NCBI GenBank assembly: GCA_024704765.1
Contig: JAKMXF010000022.1
Location: 821,055-885,054, forward strand
Source: Oopsacas minuta
Lineage: Eukaryota; Animalia; Porifera
Length of the DNA: 64,000 nt
Direction of reading: 5' to 3'
The translations under genes and the position numbers were made by a program. Shown one piece after another: positions 49,394 through 62,200 of this stretch; the stretch's first letter is position 1; every line of letters starts with the position of its first letter. The notes under the pieces are model-generated. The model saw only the letters and a program-made list of their open reading frames with translations. It had not been told where the DNA came from and made no database searches.

Positions 49394-50699
49394 CCAAGTG
49401 TTCAATAAGCTCGCGGAATCTATATGAAGTTCATTTAGTAGCGTTAATGTTAATTTACCATAAGTAGTATAGCTAACGAATGAATAGTAGATAAAATCTC
49501 AACATTCTAAGTAGTTTACTTTCTGTTACACTCAATTTAGTTAAGTCATTTTCAAATTTTGAATTTTGAATGGAGAATTTGAATAATAGGGATTTTCGAG
49601 CCGTAATGTTTTACAACTATAAACGTGGAATAAACGCTATGGAGTGCATTACTGAGATGTTTTCTGTTTTTGGAGAACAGTCTCCAACCAAAACAAGCAT
49701 TTACAAGTGGTACAGCAGATTTCGTTTGGGTTTAATGTGCTTGGATGATGATGATGTTCGAACCGGACGCCCGATTACGGCGGCCACCGAATGAAAATAT
49801 CACCAAGGTGGAGGAACTGGTAAGAGAGGACAGACAAACTACTATCCGTCAGTTAGTTCACGATGCATCAGTATCATCGGGAACAATAGAAACAATCCTA
49901 CACCAACACCTTGGTCTAAGAAGGGTTTGTTCCAAGTTAGTCCCACATTTGCTATCTTTGGAGCAGAAAAATCGTCCGATCCAATTTTGTCTCTCTATGT
50001 TACTAAAGTACTCGAAACCAGATTCTCGGCGGCATTCAGAAGTAATAACGGGTGATGAAACATGGGTTTACTTCTATGACATGCCACCGAAGCAACAGAG
50101 CTCTAAATGGATCTTTGAAGATGAGGTACCGAAACAATTCCCAAACGATTCATGGCGGTCGGCAAGCGAATGTTCGCAATTTTCTTCACCACGAGAGGAC
50201 TTCTTGAATTTGTGATGCTTCCAGCGAAGGATACAGTTACTGTAGCTTGGTATACCGAATGTTGCCTTTCCCATAGTATTCCAAGCAGTGGAGACGTTGA
50301 GACCAAAGTCTGGGATCCGTGGGATGAAATTTCATCATGATAATGCTCCAGCACACACAGCTAGAAGGACTAAATAGTTTCTGAGGCAATCAGGTTTAGA
50401 AATGATTGAACATCCACCTTATAGCCCAGATCTTGCCCCTTGTGACTTTTGGCTGTTCCCGAATCTAAAAAGAAACTAAAAGGCAGATGTTTTGAATCAG
50501 AATCCGAGCTAATCGCTGCGTTTTTAGAGGCAGTTGAGTGTATACCAGTAAGTAGCTATTCTAAGCTATTTGACATGTGGTTTCATCGCTGTCAAAGGTG
50601 TATTGATGCTAATGGGGAGTATTTTGAACATTTATTATAGTAACTTGTTAGTTCACTGTTGTGGAAACATATTTTTCCGCGAACTTATTGAACACTCGG
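49394..50699 (+). mobile_element. Full-length mariner (DD34D) element, 1306 bp, transposase frameshifted
   Basis: 25-bp TIR CCAAGTGTTCAATAAGCTCGCGGAA / CCGAGTGTTCAATAAGTTCGCGGAA, TA TSD; 'RTGRP', 'LVPHLL', 'ITGDETW', 'HDNAPAH', 'HPPYSPDLAPCDF', 'RCIDANGEYFE'. Confidence 0.93.
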
Positions 50700-50886
50700 T
50701 ATAAGGTAAATACGATACCTATAGTCGGTTCGCCTATTAATAAAACATATTTTGCATAATTTTCCTCACTAACATCCGAATTTGCTGTAAGCGAACTATT
50801 CACCTTGCAATAATGCACTCGATACTCATGAAAACAGTTGCTAATAACCGAACATCACATAAGATATTTACCTATTTAGGCTGACA

Positions 50887-52326
50887 ATGTCAATCCTAAT
50901 ACTTCTTAGTTCTCACTTGTTGGAGATAGTACTTGCTAGTGTACTCGGATTACTCGGATTTGTTTCAATAATGTTTTCTCGAAGACCCGCACCTACACAA
51001 ATGCCTATAGACCGAAATAGGCAGTCAAAACCTCTTCCAGGAGGTGATGAGAGTATTCGGGTGAACTCAATTCTGGGAGAAGATTGTAATCTGATTGAAA
51101 GTGTGTATGAAGTGGATACTTTGTATAAAGGTTTCCAACGGGGTCTAGGCATATCTCGCGACCAGCCTTTCCTCGGTACAAGACAGCCCAATCGGCCGTA
51201 CCAGTACCTGACCTATGCAGAGGTGCAGGAGAGAGTAACCAACTTCGGGAGTGGTTTAATCAATCGGGGACACATAGTTGGTCAAGGTACTTTCGTAGGA
51301 ATAGCAAGCAAGAACTGTCCTGAATGGATAATCGTGGAGGAATCCTGTCACTCCTACGCTCAAGTGCTAGTCCCTCTGTACGATACACTGGGACAGGAAG
51401 GAATAGAACACATAGTAGCACAGGCCAATACTGAAGTAATAGTGCTATCAGGTGACAAATTCACAGAACGATTCAAAACAGTTACTGGTACGAAAATCCC
51501 CAAACTAGTAGTCAAGATTGGAACAGTAACAGAAGAGGATAAAGTATTGGCAACAGAACAGGGGGTTGAATTGATTTCTATGGCAACCATCGAGGAGGAG
51601 GGAAAGAATGCGCGTGTTGATCATGTCCCCGCTAAACCAGATGATCTAGCTACAATCTCTTACACCTCTGGTACCACTGGCAAACCAAAGGGTGCCATGT
51701 TAACTCATCTAAATATAGCAAGCAATTGTGCAGGTGCTATGACTGTGTTGAATCGTAATTCACCCTTCAATGAGAATGACTGTTACATCTCATACTTACC
51801 ACTCGCACACATGTATGAGAGGAGCATGCAAACCAGTGTGACAATGAATGGAGGTAGGATTTGTTTCTTTCAGGGAGACGTCAGATTACTGATGGAGGAT
51901 ATTGCAGTCTGTAGGCCGACCATATTCGCTTCTGTGCCTAGACTACTGAACAGGATATACGATCGTACAATGGCTGTGGTGAATGCCAGTTCATTGAAAC
52001 GCAAGTTATTCAACATGGCAATGCGCAGCAAGCAAATAGACATAAGAAATGGAATAGTGTGTAACACGACCATTTGGGATAAGCTGGTATTCAAGAAGGT
52101 ACAAGCAGGATTGGGAGGTAGATTGAGGTTGGTTGCTTCTGCTGCAGCTCCCATTGACCCTGACATAATGAATTTCCTGAGATGTGCACTCGGTTGCTAC
52201 GTGATAGAGGGCTATGGACAGACTGAGGCTACTGCTGGTGCTACACTGCAGTTCCCTTCTGAATCAAATTTAGGCCATGTGGGTCCTCCATTACCATGCA
52301 ACATCATACCCTCCCATAGACGGTAA
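50887..52326 (+). pseudogene. ACSL: 3'-truncated inverted duplicate of ACSL (first ~474 codons)
   Basis: Translation identical to 42701-44767 up to 'PPLPCNII', then 'PSHRR*'. 50886-52309 mirrors 43345-44768 with no indels. Confidence 0.9.
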
Positions 52327-52408
52327 TACAAAATTTAAGATCTTGTAGACCCCTGCTGTCATCTGTGGACCACCAAGGGATCCATGGACCCCTGGTTGGA
52401 AACGACTG
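52325..52408 (-). mobile_element. Single end of a hAT (MER5-like) element next to the ACSL truncation point
   Basis: rc CAGTCGTTTCCAACCAGGGGTCCATGGATCCC resembles CAGTGGTTC(C/T)CAA-type TIRs. Confidence 0.5.
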
Positions 52409-53015
52409 ATTTTATTCAATGATAATTTTCCACTTTAACGAACAAATCAAAATAATTGATTTGCAATAGGAAAGTGGATAAAATATAGCATCTATTTGTT
52501 CACCCAGTCTGTAAGAACCAGGTGCTTTTACTAAGATGCTGCAGATTAACCAACTTCTATCTAGTTTGCAGATAACCAGTCAATATTGTTTGTGGGAGAA
52601 TAATATATCTAACTATGCTGGGGTTCTCAACTTGGTGAATTACCCTTAATGAGGCGAAATTTGAGTTAACAAAGAAAATAATTAAACATGTAGCTATATC
52701 ATCCCAAAGAAATTTGTTCAAAATAAAATAGAACTTGGTTCAGTTCAAATGGGCTCAATAATCTTTCATAATTGTCGATCTTTTTCGACGTATTGAAAAG
52801 TACATGATTCTATGGATTATAAATAAAGTAATTGAGACGACAGAACTAGCCATCATCCCATCAAAATGATTTTCCTGGAAAACACCAATAAAATAATCAC
52901 GTTCATAAAATCTGAATTAATATCATATAATAATTTGCTGAATTGTTGGCTAATAAATATACACGACAAAGATCATATCACATCGGAAAATTTTTCTAAT
53001 TGAAGTGATCAAATA

Positions 53016-53262
53016 CTTTGCCTGGCCAAAAGTATTGGAACACCCTGCCACAATTAATACCTGAAACAAAGGGTATGCTACCATAGTTGTATAAGCTAAA
53101 GATGATTTCAAAAATGTTGAACATTAATATATCCTAAAACGAATGATAACAAGCTATTGTTCTACTTTCTGCAATATCCATAGAATCTTTCAACATATTC
53201 TCATCTAATGCCACTTGTGCACAAGTTGTAAACAGTGTTCCAATACTTTTGGCCAGGTAGTG
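53016..53262. mobile_element. Tc1-like MITE just downstream of the TTC21B stop
   Basis: TA-CTTTGCCTGGCCAAAAGTATTGGAACAC vs rc CACTACCTGGCCAAAAAGTATTGGAACAC-TA. Confidence 0.7.
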
Positions 53263-53292
53263 TACATATAAGTGATAGGGTTACAGAGTTAA

Positions 53293-56200
53293 TCAAATAC
53301 GGAGTGATGAACGGGCCTTGTCAAGGATTTCTTTACGTATCTTTGGATAATTCGGATAAAGTGTGAGTACTTTATGACATATATCAACTGCATCTACATA
53401 TCGCTTAGCTTTGAGATAATTGAAAGCAAGCTTATAGCCAATATTTGGATTAGTTTGACTACCATGAGTCCAGGCTTTCTCATAGGATTCTGAAGCATCT
53501 TTATAAGCTTGTTCCTTCTCTGAAATATATCCGAGATATTCCCAAGCTTTTGAACAACTCTTATTATATTGAATAGCTCTCTTCAGTAGCTCATTCGAGT
53601 AATCAAATTTACCATTCTGTATATATATGTCTGCAAGTAGAAGCATACCCTGTTCATGATCTTCAGCTGTTTCGTAGTTCCACGGTAACTTACTTACTCG
53701 TTTGAGATGATTACGAGCACGTGGAATTTGTTTCAACACCATAAGTCCTGTAGCACAAGCAGTAAGCACACCTACGTGATCCTTCTCTTGACCTATCATT
53801 TCACTCAGACAGGTTACAGCTTTCTCTACACTTCCTCGCAATGTTCTAAATCAGCAGAATATTATAACTAAAATAAAGGGTTACCAAAATACAATACAAT
53901 CGATCGAAATTTTGACAATCACAATCCAAGAATCAGATCTATGTTTTTTGGATTGTTTTGAATTTTTGATTTCTTTGGATTGCTTCTTAGATTTACAAAC
54001 ACTTTCCAATCTAACCGACAATCCAATCATATTCGATGGATCCATATTTTGGATATTGCAATCTAAATATTGACAATCCAATCAAAGAAAATCAAAGCAA
54101 TTCAATCGAAATAAAATGTAGCAATCGGCAATCTACAATGGGTTTGATTGGATTTGGATTGGGAACCCTGCTTAAAGAGATAATACATTATTTACTCATA
54201 CGAAAGTAAATTTCGTATAAGTAAATGTATTCAAATACCTTGAATATATGAGAATAAGATTGTTGAGAATATCTCTACGTACTCGCATTTCATGAGATTT
54301 AGGGTTCATCTCTGTGAGAAGCTTCTCAGCTGTAGCTATCCCCTTCATATCAGTCTCATGCTGCTTATCAGTTAGAGTAGAGTTATCTTCTAGTGTGTTT
54401 CCCCCAATTGTCCTCCCATCAGGATTAATACAGATAGATACCATTAATACAGTAGCGTTGTCACCCCATACAGGATCTCTCCTAGCTTTGTTTAGAAGTT
54501 CCAGAGCATCATTAGGACAGTGAGTGTGCCACTTGAATACTCCCATACAATAACTCATTCCGGGATCATACACAGCTCTAGAGCTTGTCTTCTCAGCTCT
54601 CTCTAGCCATTCTGTTGCGTCTTTGATTTTACCAGCTCGACGCAAGAAATCCAATAGTGTTACTAATACCAAGTAATTGTTAGGTTTCCTCTGGAGAACT
54701 TCCTATGAAAATGAAACGAGTTTAGTTTATTAAACTGTTCGTTATTACATGTATCCATAGTATTTAAAGTATACCACAAACCGGTTATATAAAGCCCAAC
54801 ATACACGATGCAACTGCATTGTGTATGTTGAATTTTCCATGCAGCAAAAATTGCACGTAATATTGTTGCAACGTGTATGGTAAATGTTGCTTGCAACAAT
54901 CTTGCAAGATACTGTTGCATGGAACATGTTCTATTCTCCTGCAACATTGTTACATGAAAAATTAATTATTTCATGGAACATTGTTGCATCGTGTATGGTG
55001 TGCTTCACAATCAGATCTTTTTAACAAATTTCGTGCAAAGAATGTGTAAAATATTCGATTTCTACTGTATACCGTAATTAATGTAATTTACGTACACCCA
55101 AATGTGCAATAGCAGTATGTAACTCATTCTTTTTGAGCATGAGCTGGGCTAACATCAAGGTAGCATGTTCATTGTCTTCTTCCTGTCGTAACACAGCAGT
55201 ACACTGCTGTTGACATCCCTCTAAATCTCCATTAGACAGGAGAGATCGTGCTAATGCTAGCCTCACCTTGATTGAGTTCTCGTCCAAGTAGAGAGACTCT
55301 TTATAGTATCTGGTACCAGAATCCCAGTCTAACATATAATGTGAATAGATTTGACCAAGTTCATAGCAAATAGAAGCAGCTATCTGTTTCTGACGCGGTA
55401 AAGACTCGGGTTGATCTATCTTAACTCGTTCTACAAGCTGTTGTTGATGCTAGAAGGATTAAACAAATTATAGACATGGTTACATTTCCATTAATCAATA
55501 GAACTTCTTATCATATAAAAATCTATTCCATTTCAGCTTATACGAATTGGGCTTTCAATAAATTTCAGACGAAAAACAAATGCCAAATAAATTTGGAATT
55601 TGTATAATAAGAGAGATAAAAAGTTGTCTTCATACTAATATTTATAATTAAAGCCATTAAGGCAATTGAAAATTCTAAATCTCTTAGAGTAAATAATATA
55701 ATTATTCTAATCCCTTTCATTAGTTTAACCAAAATAGTAACTACTAGAACTCAAGAAGTAATCCAGTTTATAAGCATGTTTTCGAATGATCATTTCAAAT
55801 TTTCAACTTATGTTGTGTTTGGTGTAATAACTCTAATTCAATATAGCAATTTAACTCCAAACATAAATACTACGTACATGTGATTCCTGTAAATACTAAA
55901 TTACAATCACTTTTGATACGAATAACTACCAATTAATATTATGTAAATTGAACCTCGATCGCCCATAACTTGTTGGGGGCAAATAGTAAATTGTATATAT
56001 AAAACCTATTATTATCAATATCTATGTGTGCTAATTAAAAAGAAGCTTTAAGAAGTACAGTAGAACTCGGACGTAGTAGTTACTGACCGAGGGATACTGT
56101 ACTGTAATTTCATTCGTCTTATAATTATAGATGCATTAGAACTTGGAGAACTCGGAGACATTTCAATTGCAATGTCCTTTAACCATAGATTTATAGCTCA

Positions 56201-59200
56201 GTAATTATATGTATATCCACTCCTCCAACGACTGTTTTTCTATGATATTTTATTACACAAATTTATAACAATTCTTTTTCTGAGAAAACCAAAAGTTTCA
56301 GTTCATCATACCGATAAATAATAAGTTTATCTTTTCAATTTAGTACAGAAATTGAGTATTTAACATATTTATCGTGAAATGCCCTATTACAGAGGTAAAT
56401 TCAATGGTGTTAATTATTATAATTATCATTAAGCAAGCCAGTTAGTTAGTTGTACTGAAACTGACTTGCTTAAAGTGAAATCAAATAACGAATCCAATAT
56501 TCAATAAAATAGCATACTATTAATAGATAGACTAGATCATATACACACATGAAAGTTTGTTCAATATTTGTGGCTGAGTGACATTGCATATGTATGCAGA
56601 GTTAATTGAATTCCAAATTAGTCACAATCTGCTAATTTATACATAATTAAATCAGCTGAATTAAAAGTACTTACATGAACTTGAAACTAATCGTATTGAT
56701 TGGTTGTTATCAATCCTAACGAACTAAAGACAGCATGTACAAATCACGTATTGTAATCAATAAATACATTAAAATATTTTCAACTGATTATGACTGAAAC
56801 CTAAATAGTCAATCAGTATATTTTTCATGTCTTTATTAAAATACTTTGTGCCACATACAAACACTATATGGTATGGAGAAGTAGGAGGTATTACTTTCTC
56901 AATTATTTCTTTATTAATTCTTTTGTAGAAGATTACATCTTTGTATTTCAGAGGAAATGTCTTTTCATTGCTTTCTCCTTCTTTGGTCAGGAAATATACA
57001 ATCTTAACGTTCCAATATTCTGAGAAATCATCCAGCTGTTGTTTCAATAAAACATCTTTAGCAGTATTTACGCTGTATAGTAAATTTATTCTAGTTTCTT
57101 CGCTCTCGTTTTCCAGGATATATCTCATTACTTGGTACATTGGCGCTATTCCAGTTCCACAAGCTAACATGCTCATATACTTGTACTGATTCTGTTTAAT
57201 ATCAAAAGAACCGAATGGACCTCTGATCCTTACGATTGATCCAATAGTCCATTCTCTAACCAGCGCTGACATCCTCCCATCACAATATATTTTGATAATT
57301 AAATCAAGAGAACCAATAGAACTTAGTGAACTGATGGGGGAATACTGTCTGGTTATTGTGTGTGTATTATCCTTTGAACTTGCTTGTAATATGATATGTG
57401 AACCTGGAAACAAGTTAGATATCAAGTCCTTATCTATAAATGAAATTGTATATAGAATGACGTCATGAGTAATACTCTCCATTGCACTAATAATACAATT
57501 CAAATATGAATCAGTAGATAAGGCAAATCTGATGGGAGCACTGGGTTTAATTTGATTGAGAGATAACTTCCAGAACCTCAGCTCTTGTTCATATATATCT
57601 AATACACATGGGTTACAACCAGATCCACAACAATCTTCTGGAGAAGGAGATTGAGGTCTTCCTTGAATCTCACAGTCTCTTCCTGCCATAAATAGTGATA
57701 TATATAGCGCGGATGAATCAAGTAACAATTTGTTGACATTAACTGTTAACTACGTATGCTACACTTCAGCTCCTTGTGAAAACTATTTTCGTGTCAAATT
57801 CAGAGTCCAGCTGTCCAAAATTATTAGCTATTTTATTTTGATGCAGATATTATTAATCATATGTTTGTGAGTAGTAAATTCATATATTTATTGATTTTCA
57901 ATATTTAACTCGAAGCTAAGTAAATTTACATACGTCTGTCTTATATGCAGAATTCACTAAAGAGCAAGTCTTATTGGGCATTCCTCTTACAATTAAGTGA
58001 ACTTGAAAATAGAGCAACAAATTATAGCATTGTGTATGAGCTCTGTCTCTGAACAAGTCATAAATGGAGTACGTATTAGAGTTTTTGTTAATACGTGTAC
58101 CACTATTATCAAATAAAGACATTAAATTTAATATTTTAGTTATCTTAAACTATAAAAAAAACTATACAAGACCTTTGTTTTGATACAAAAGCAATTTTCT
58201 TGGTTTATGCAATTTCAAGTGAGTTAATAGAAGTGTCAAAGTGATGATAATCTAATTCAGCAGTTAGATAGAGTAAAGAATTTCTCATATTTTTCAATCT
58301 CTTCTCTTAATGATCTTTTTTCAGCTAAAAGCGAATTTCTAGTAGTTTGGAGTATTTCAATTTCAGTTCCATAATCAGTGATCAGACAATTATACTTATC
58401 TTTATCATTTTCTGCGTATTCTAATTTCTTCAGTCTCCTTCGCTCTCTTGAAAGAATAGATTCCATATCAATAGCTGTCTTGTATGGCAAAGAGCGAGAC
58501 TTTTCTCTGGCAATCTTACGGAGCTCAATAATAGATGAAGTAACAAGAGTATTCCTATCAATATTGAGAAAGCAAAGTACATCATCTGTTCTCTTTTTGT
58601 TTATACATCTTGTTAAACTCATTTTAATTATTGGATTTCTGTTTAGATTTAAATTTGTTATTGTTTTCTTTTTGAGTTACTTTTATAAAATCTCTTGTAT
58701 ATATATATATACGATTGAAATCACTAACATAATTTCAGTTCTGGATAATTCGCCTAAAATATTTTCATTTTTCTACTAACATACTATTGAGAAATATAGT
58801 ATTATATTGCTTTAGATATATCTTTCATTATATCATAGTTCTAGTATTATAAATACTTGTCAAACCACTACAGCCAAATTTACTGAGCAATTCATTGAAT
58901 TGCTCAGTGCATGTGAGTAGAACTAAGAGAAATGAAAGTTAACAAATATGTGAGAAGAGAATTATTAAATATTTTAATAAAAAAAGACATAGACTTATCT
59001 GCAACCTCACTAAATAACATATACGTGAAGATATGTTCTTAAATGGCATATTCTAAAATAACCATATGCTCCTTGAAGCACAAACGAGATAGCTATAGTT
59101 AATTGTCTGTTTAAATTATATTGTATTAGATAATATGACTAGACTCTACACGCGTGTATACTGATAGATAATGTGTTGTTGAATATTAACATAACATGGG

Positions 59201-62200
59201 TAAACAACAATATATATTAGAGGTAGCAACGGGTATGGTTGGAACGAGCCGGGCCCGAATTCCATTTATCACCCAATTCCGAAGCAGGCCCAAAAGGTTG
59301 TCAGTAATCAACTTTGATATCCGTGGGTCCAACCCAGATAAGAGAAATAAGATACTCCGTATTTACATTTGTGATAAAGTGTATAAGGAGTCAGGTGAAA
59401 TTATATCAAATTTAATGTCCCGTTTATCTGATAGAGTATCCGCAAGCCGCCCAGCATAACCAAGCGAAACGGTTAGTTAACTTAAAATCAAACATATCGA
59501 TTACCTCATGGACTCTTCTCCAGGTGTTTAGAGCATCATCCTGTTGTTCATTATAAACATGTACTCTAGCGAGTAGAATTAGAAGGTTAGATTCCTCAAT
59601 AGCACTTGAGAGCTCTTGTACTTTGTGTTGTCTATGCTCAGCAAGAGCTTCTGTCAATACACGAATTGCTTTGTCATAATACTTCAACTTAAAGTATAGT
59701 TCTGCTAGATCGTGTAACAACTGAGACTCTTTCTGATTCTTGAGAGCAGTCTCGTAATAATTTATTGCTTTACTAGAAATGATATACTTTAAATACAGTT
59801 ACAACCGTTAAATTATATTATTTAGAGCTGAACAGTTCATTCTCCATGACTCTAGAGGAACAAGGCAGGCCTTAGTAGGAAATGTCCGAACTTCTTAACG
59901 GTTGCAAGGAATACAAGAGTCTTCCCAACCATCAAGTACGTATAATGTATAGATACTCTTAAGACAATGTAAAGGCATAAATATGAAGGGGACATGAGCT
60001 ATACATGTGCTGATTAGTCATTATTCGTAAAGCCTGATTCGCCTACTAGTGTTTTATTATATTCGTAACAGTTTGTAAACAAAAACAAAATACTGTCTAA
60101 TGTCAACTATAATATGACAATATTCAACGAATACGAAATTCTATTTTGTTGCAAATACTGTAAATTGAAAGTTAATCTATCATTATTTATGATATTTAAC
60201 TAACAGAACCAAATACTCCAAATATAATATTAACCTGTAATTATGTGTAACCACGAGGACTTGTCCTATTTTCCGAGAGAGACTAGCATCTTTAGGATTT
60301 TTCTTGAGAACAGATTCGTATACTTCTATAGCCTTATCAGGGTTCTGTACTTTCATGTAAGCATCGCCAAGTAGAAGAATTACATAAGATTGAGGGACCT
60401 AATATTATAATCAAACATAAATATACCAGAGGCATCCGGAGGGCGAGGCCAGGTAGGGCCTGTGCCCCACCTCATTAATGTAAGTATGCTCCCAGTTTAA
60501 TAACCTATACCCGGCCAGTGACGTAATAGTATTCCACCACTGAAATATACGTACAGTATTGTTCCATAATTGATCACGAACAGTACTGAATGGTAGACAT
60601 ACCATGATTTGAATTATACGTAGATTATTATTCTCTAAATTAGGATATACAAACTGTAGATGTATCTTCTCCTAATACTCCTAAGTTGACTAAATCTACT
60701 GAATTACTCAATGTATTACATACTCAACGAATTGCTAGAAATTCAAAGGTTGATATTTCTAAGATATTCCATTCGATTACATCTTGTTCAAATTAAGTAC
60801 CGAATTTCCAGGCGCTTATTCAGGGAAAAACGTTACTTTATGATTTTATCAATTCATAAATTATTTCCATAATTCCAGAATGAATAAATAACATCTCTAT
60901 GATATATTAAAGTGTGTGTTTCTCAGTTCTCCATTTATCAACCCAAATATCTATTGTCCTTAAACACATGGTCATCTATAAATGGGTACGTTCTAAATCA
61001 GCCACTTGGGACACCTTATCAAATGATGGACAACTAGAGAACATTCTGTAACCAGAATATTAATTGATGGCTATCATATTTGTAAATAATTAAATTACGT
61101 CATAATATATTATATCAAGAAACTTAACTTTTGAGCTAAATCCCTATGAGTTTGTATGTATAATTTATTATCTTTTCTGTGGTTAAGATATATGTCTGCC
61201 ATCCTCCTAGCCGCTTCTACATAGCAAGAATCGTTTATAGTTATGCCTGCGAGTATTTTAAGTCCTTTGTCTATATCTCCACTATTTGTATGAATATCAG
61301 CTTCTGCAAGTTGAACTCTAGCCTCAGCTGGCGTACCTGTGAATAACTTTTTAGCATCTTTCATCATTCTCTCAGCTTTCTCTTTCTCTCCTGTCTCACT
61401 TAGTAATTCAGCGTATTCAAGGTAGATAGAAGCTTTATCTTGAATACCAATTGAATGAACACCTTTGATACCCTTCTTATTCCCCTCTCCCCCCTCCATT
61501 GTTAATCCAGTGAGAGATATCGCCATATTCAGGCACCTTAAAGCTTCGCCAGTATCTTTAAACTTCCGACATACCTGAAAGATAAATATATACATATAAT
61601 TTCATGTATAGTGAAATTGCAAATTACGCAAGTGATATTGAAAGTAATAAGCTGAATAAGAATTCTCGTAAGAACCTTATTAACTGCTGGCAATATATTA
61701 ATTGTTTACGTATCAGTAGATGAATTAATTTAGAATTTCGTAACTCAAATTTAGGTAAATTATATTGAAGTGTCTATTACATTATAAATGCAACTAATAA
61801 GACTTAAATAATAATATTTCAATTCTACCAATAAAGAATTAATTAACTACTTGGTAACTAGCAAACTACGTAATGCGAATGCAAATAGAGAACAAAAACT
61901 TTTACATTTACTAATGAAATCAATTCCATAAACAAAGATAATTATAACTCACTGTGTGACGTAATAGCAATAATACCGAACTGACCTGTGCTTTTACCAA
62001 TTGGTAATGAGGATTATCTCGAATATCGAAACTGAGACTTAGAGCTTGATCCAGATTTACTGATGCCTGTGTGTAATCCCCTGCAGAGATGTGTATCTGT
62101 GAAGCTAGCACGTGAGCCTCAGGAGCACCCGGGGTAGCACCAGCTACACTGTCTTCACTGCGGTTAAAACAAATGTTTAAATGTTCTAGAGCTTTGTCAG

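Noticed and set aside
43488-52166. Antisense ORFs repeated identically in both ACSL copies
   Set aside because: Shadow frames of the ACSL CDS; useful only as evidence of sequence identity.
58378-60605. Short ORFs at 58378-58779, 59196-59459 and 60411-60605
   Set aside because: Antisense shadows or repeat-derived, with no recognisable motifs or splice context.
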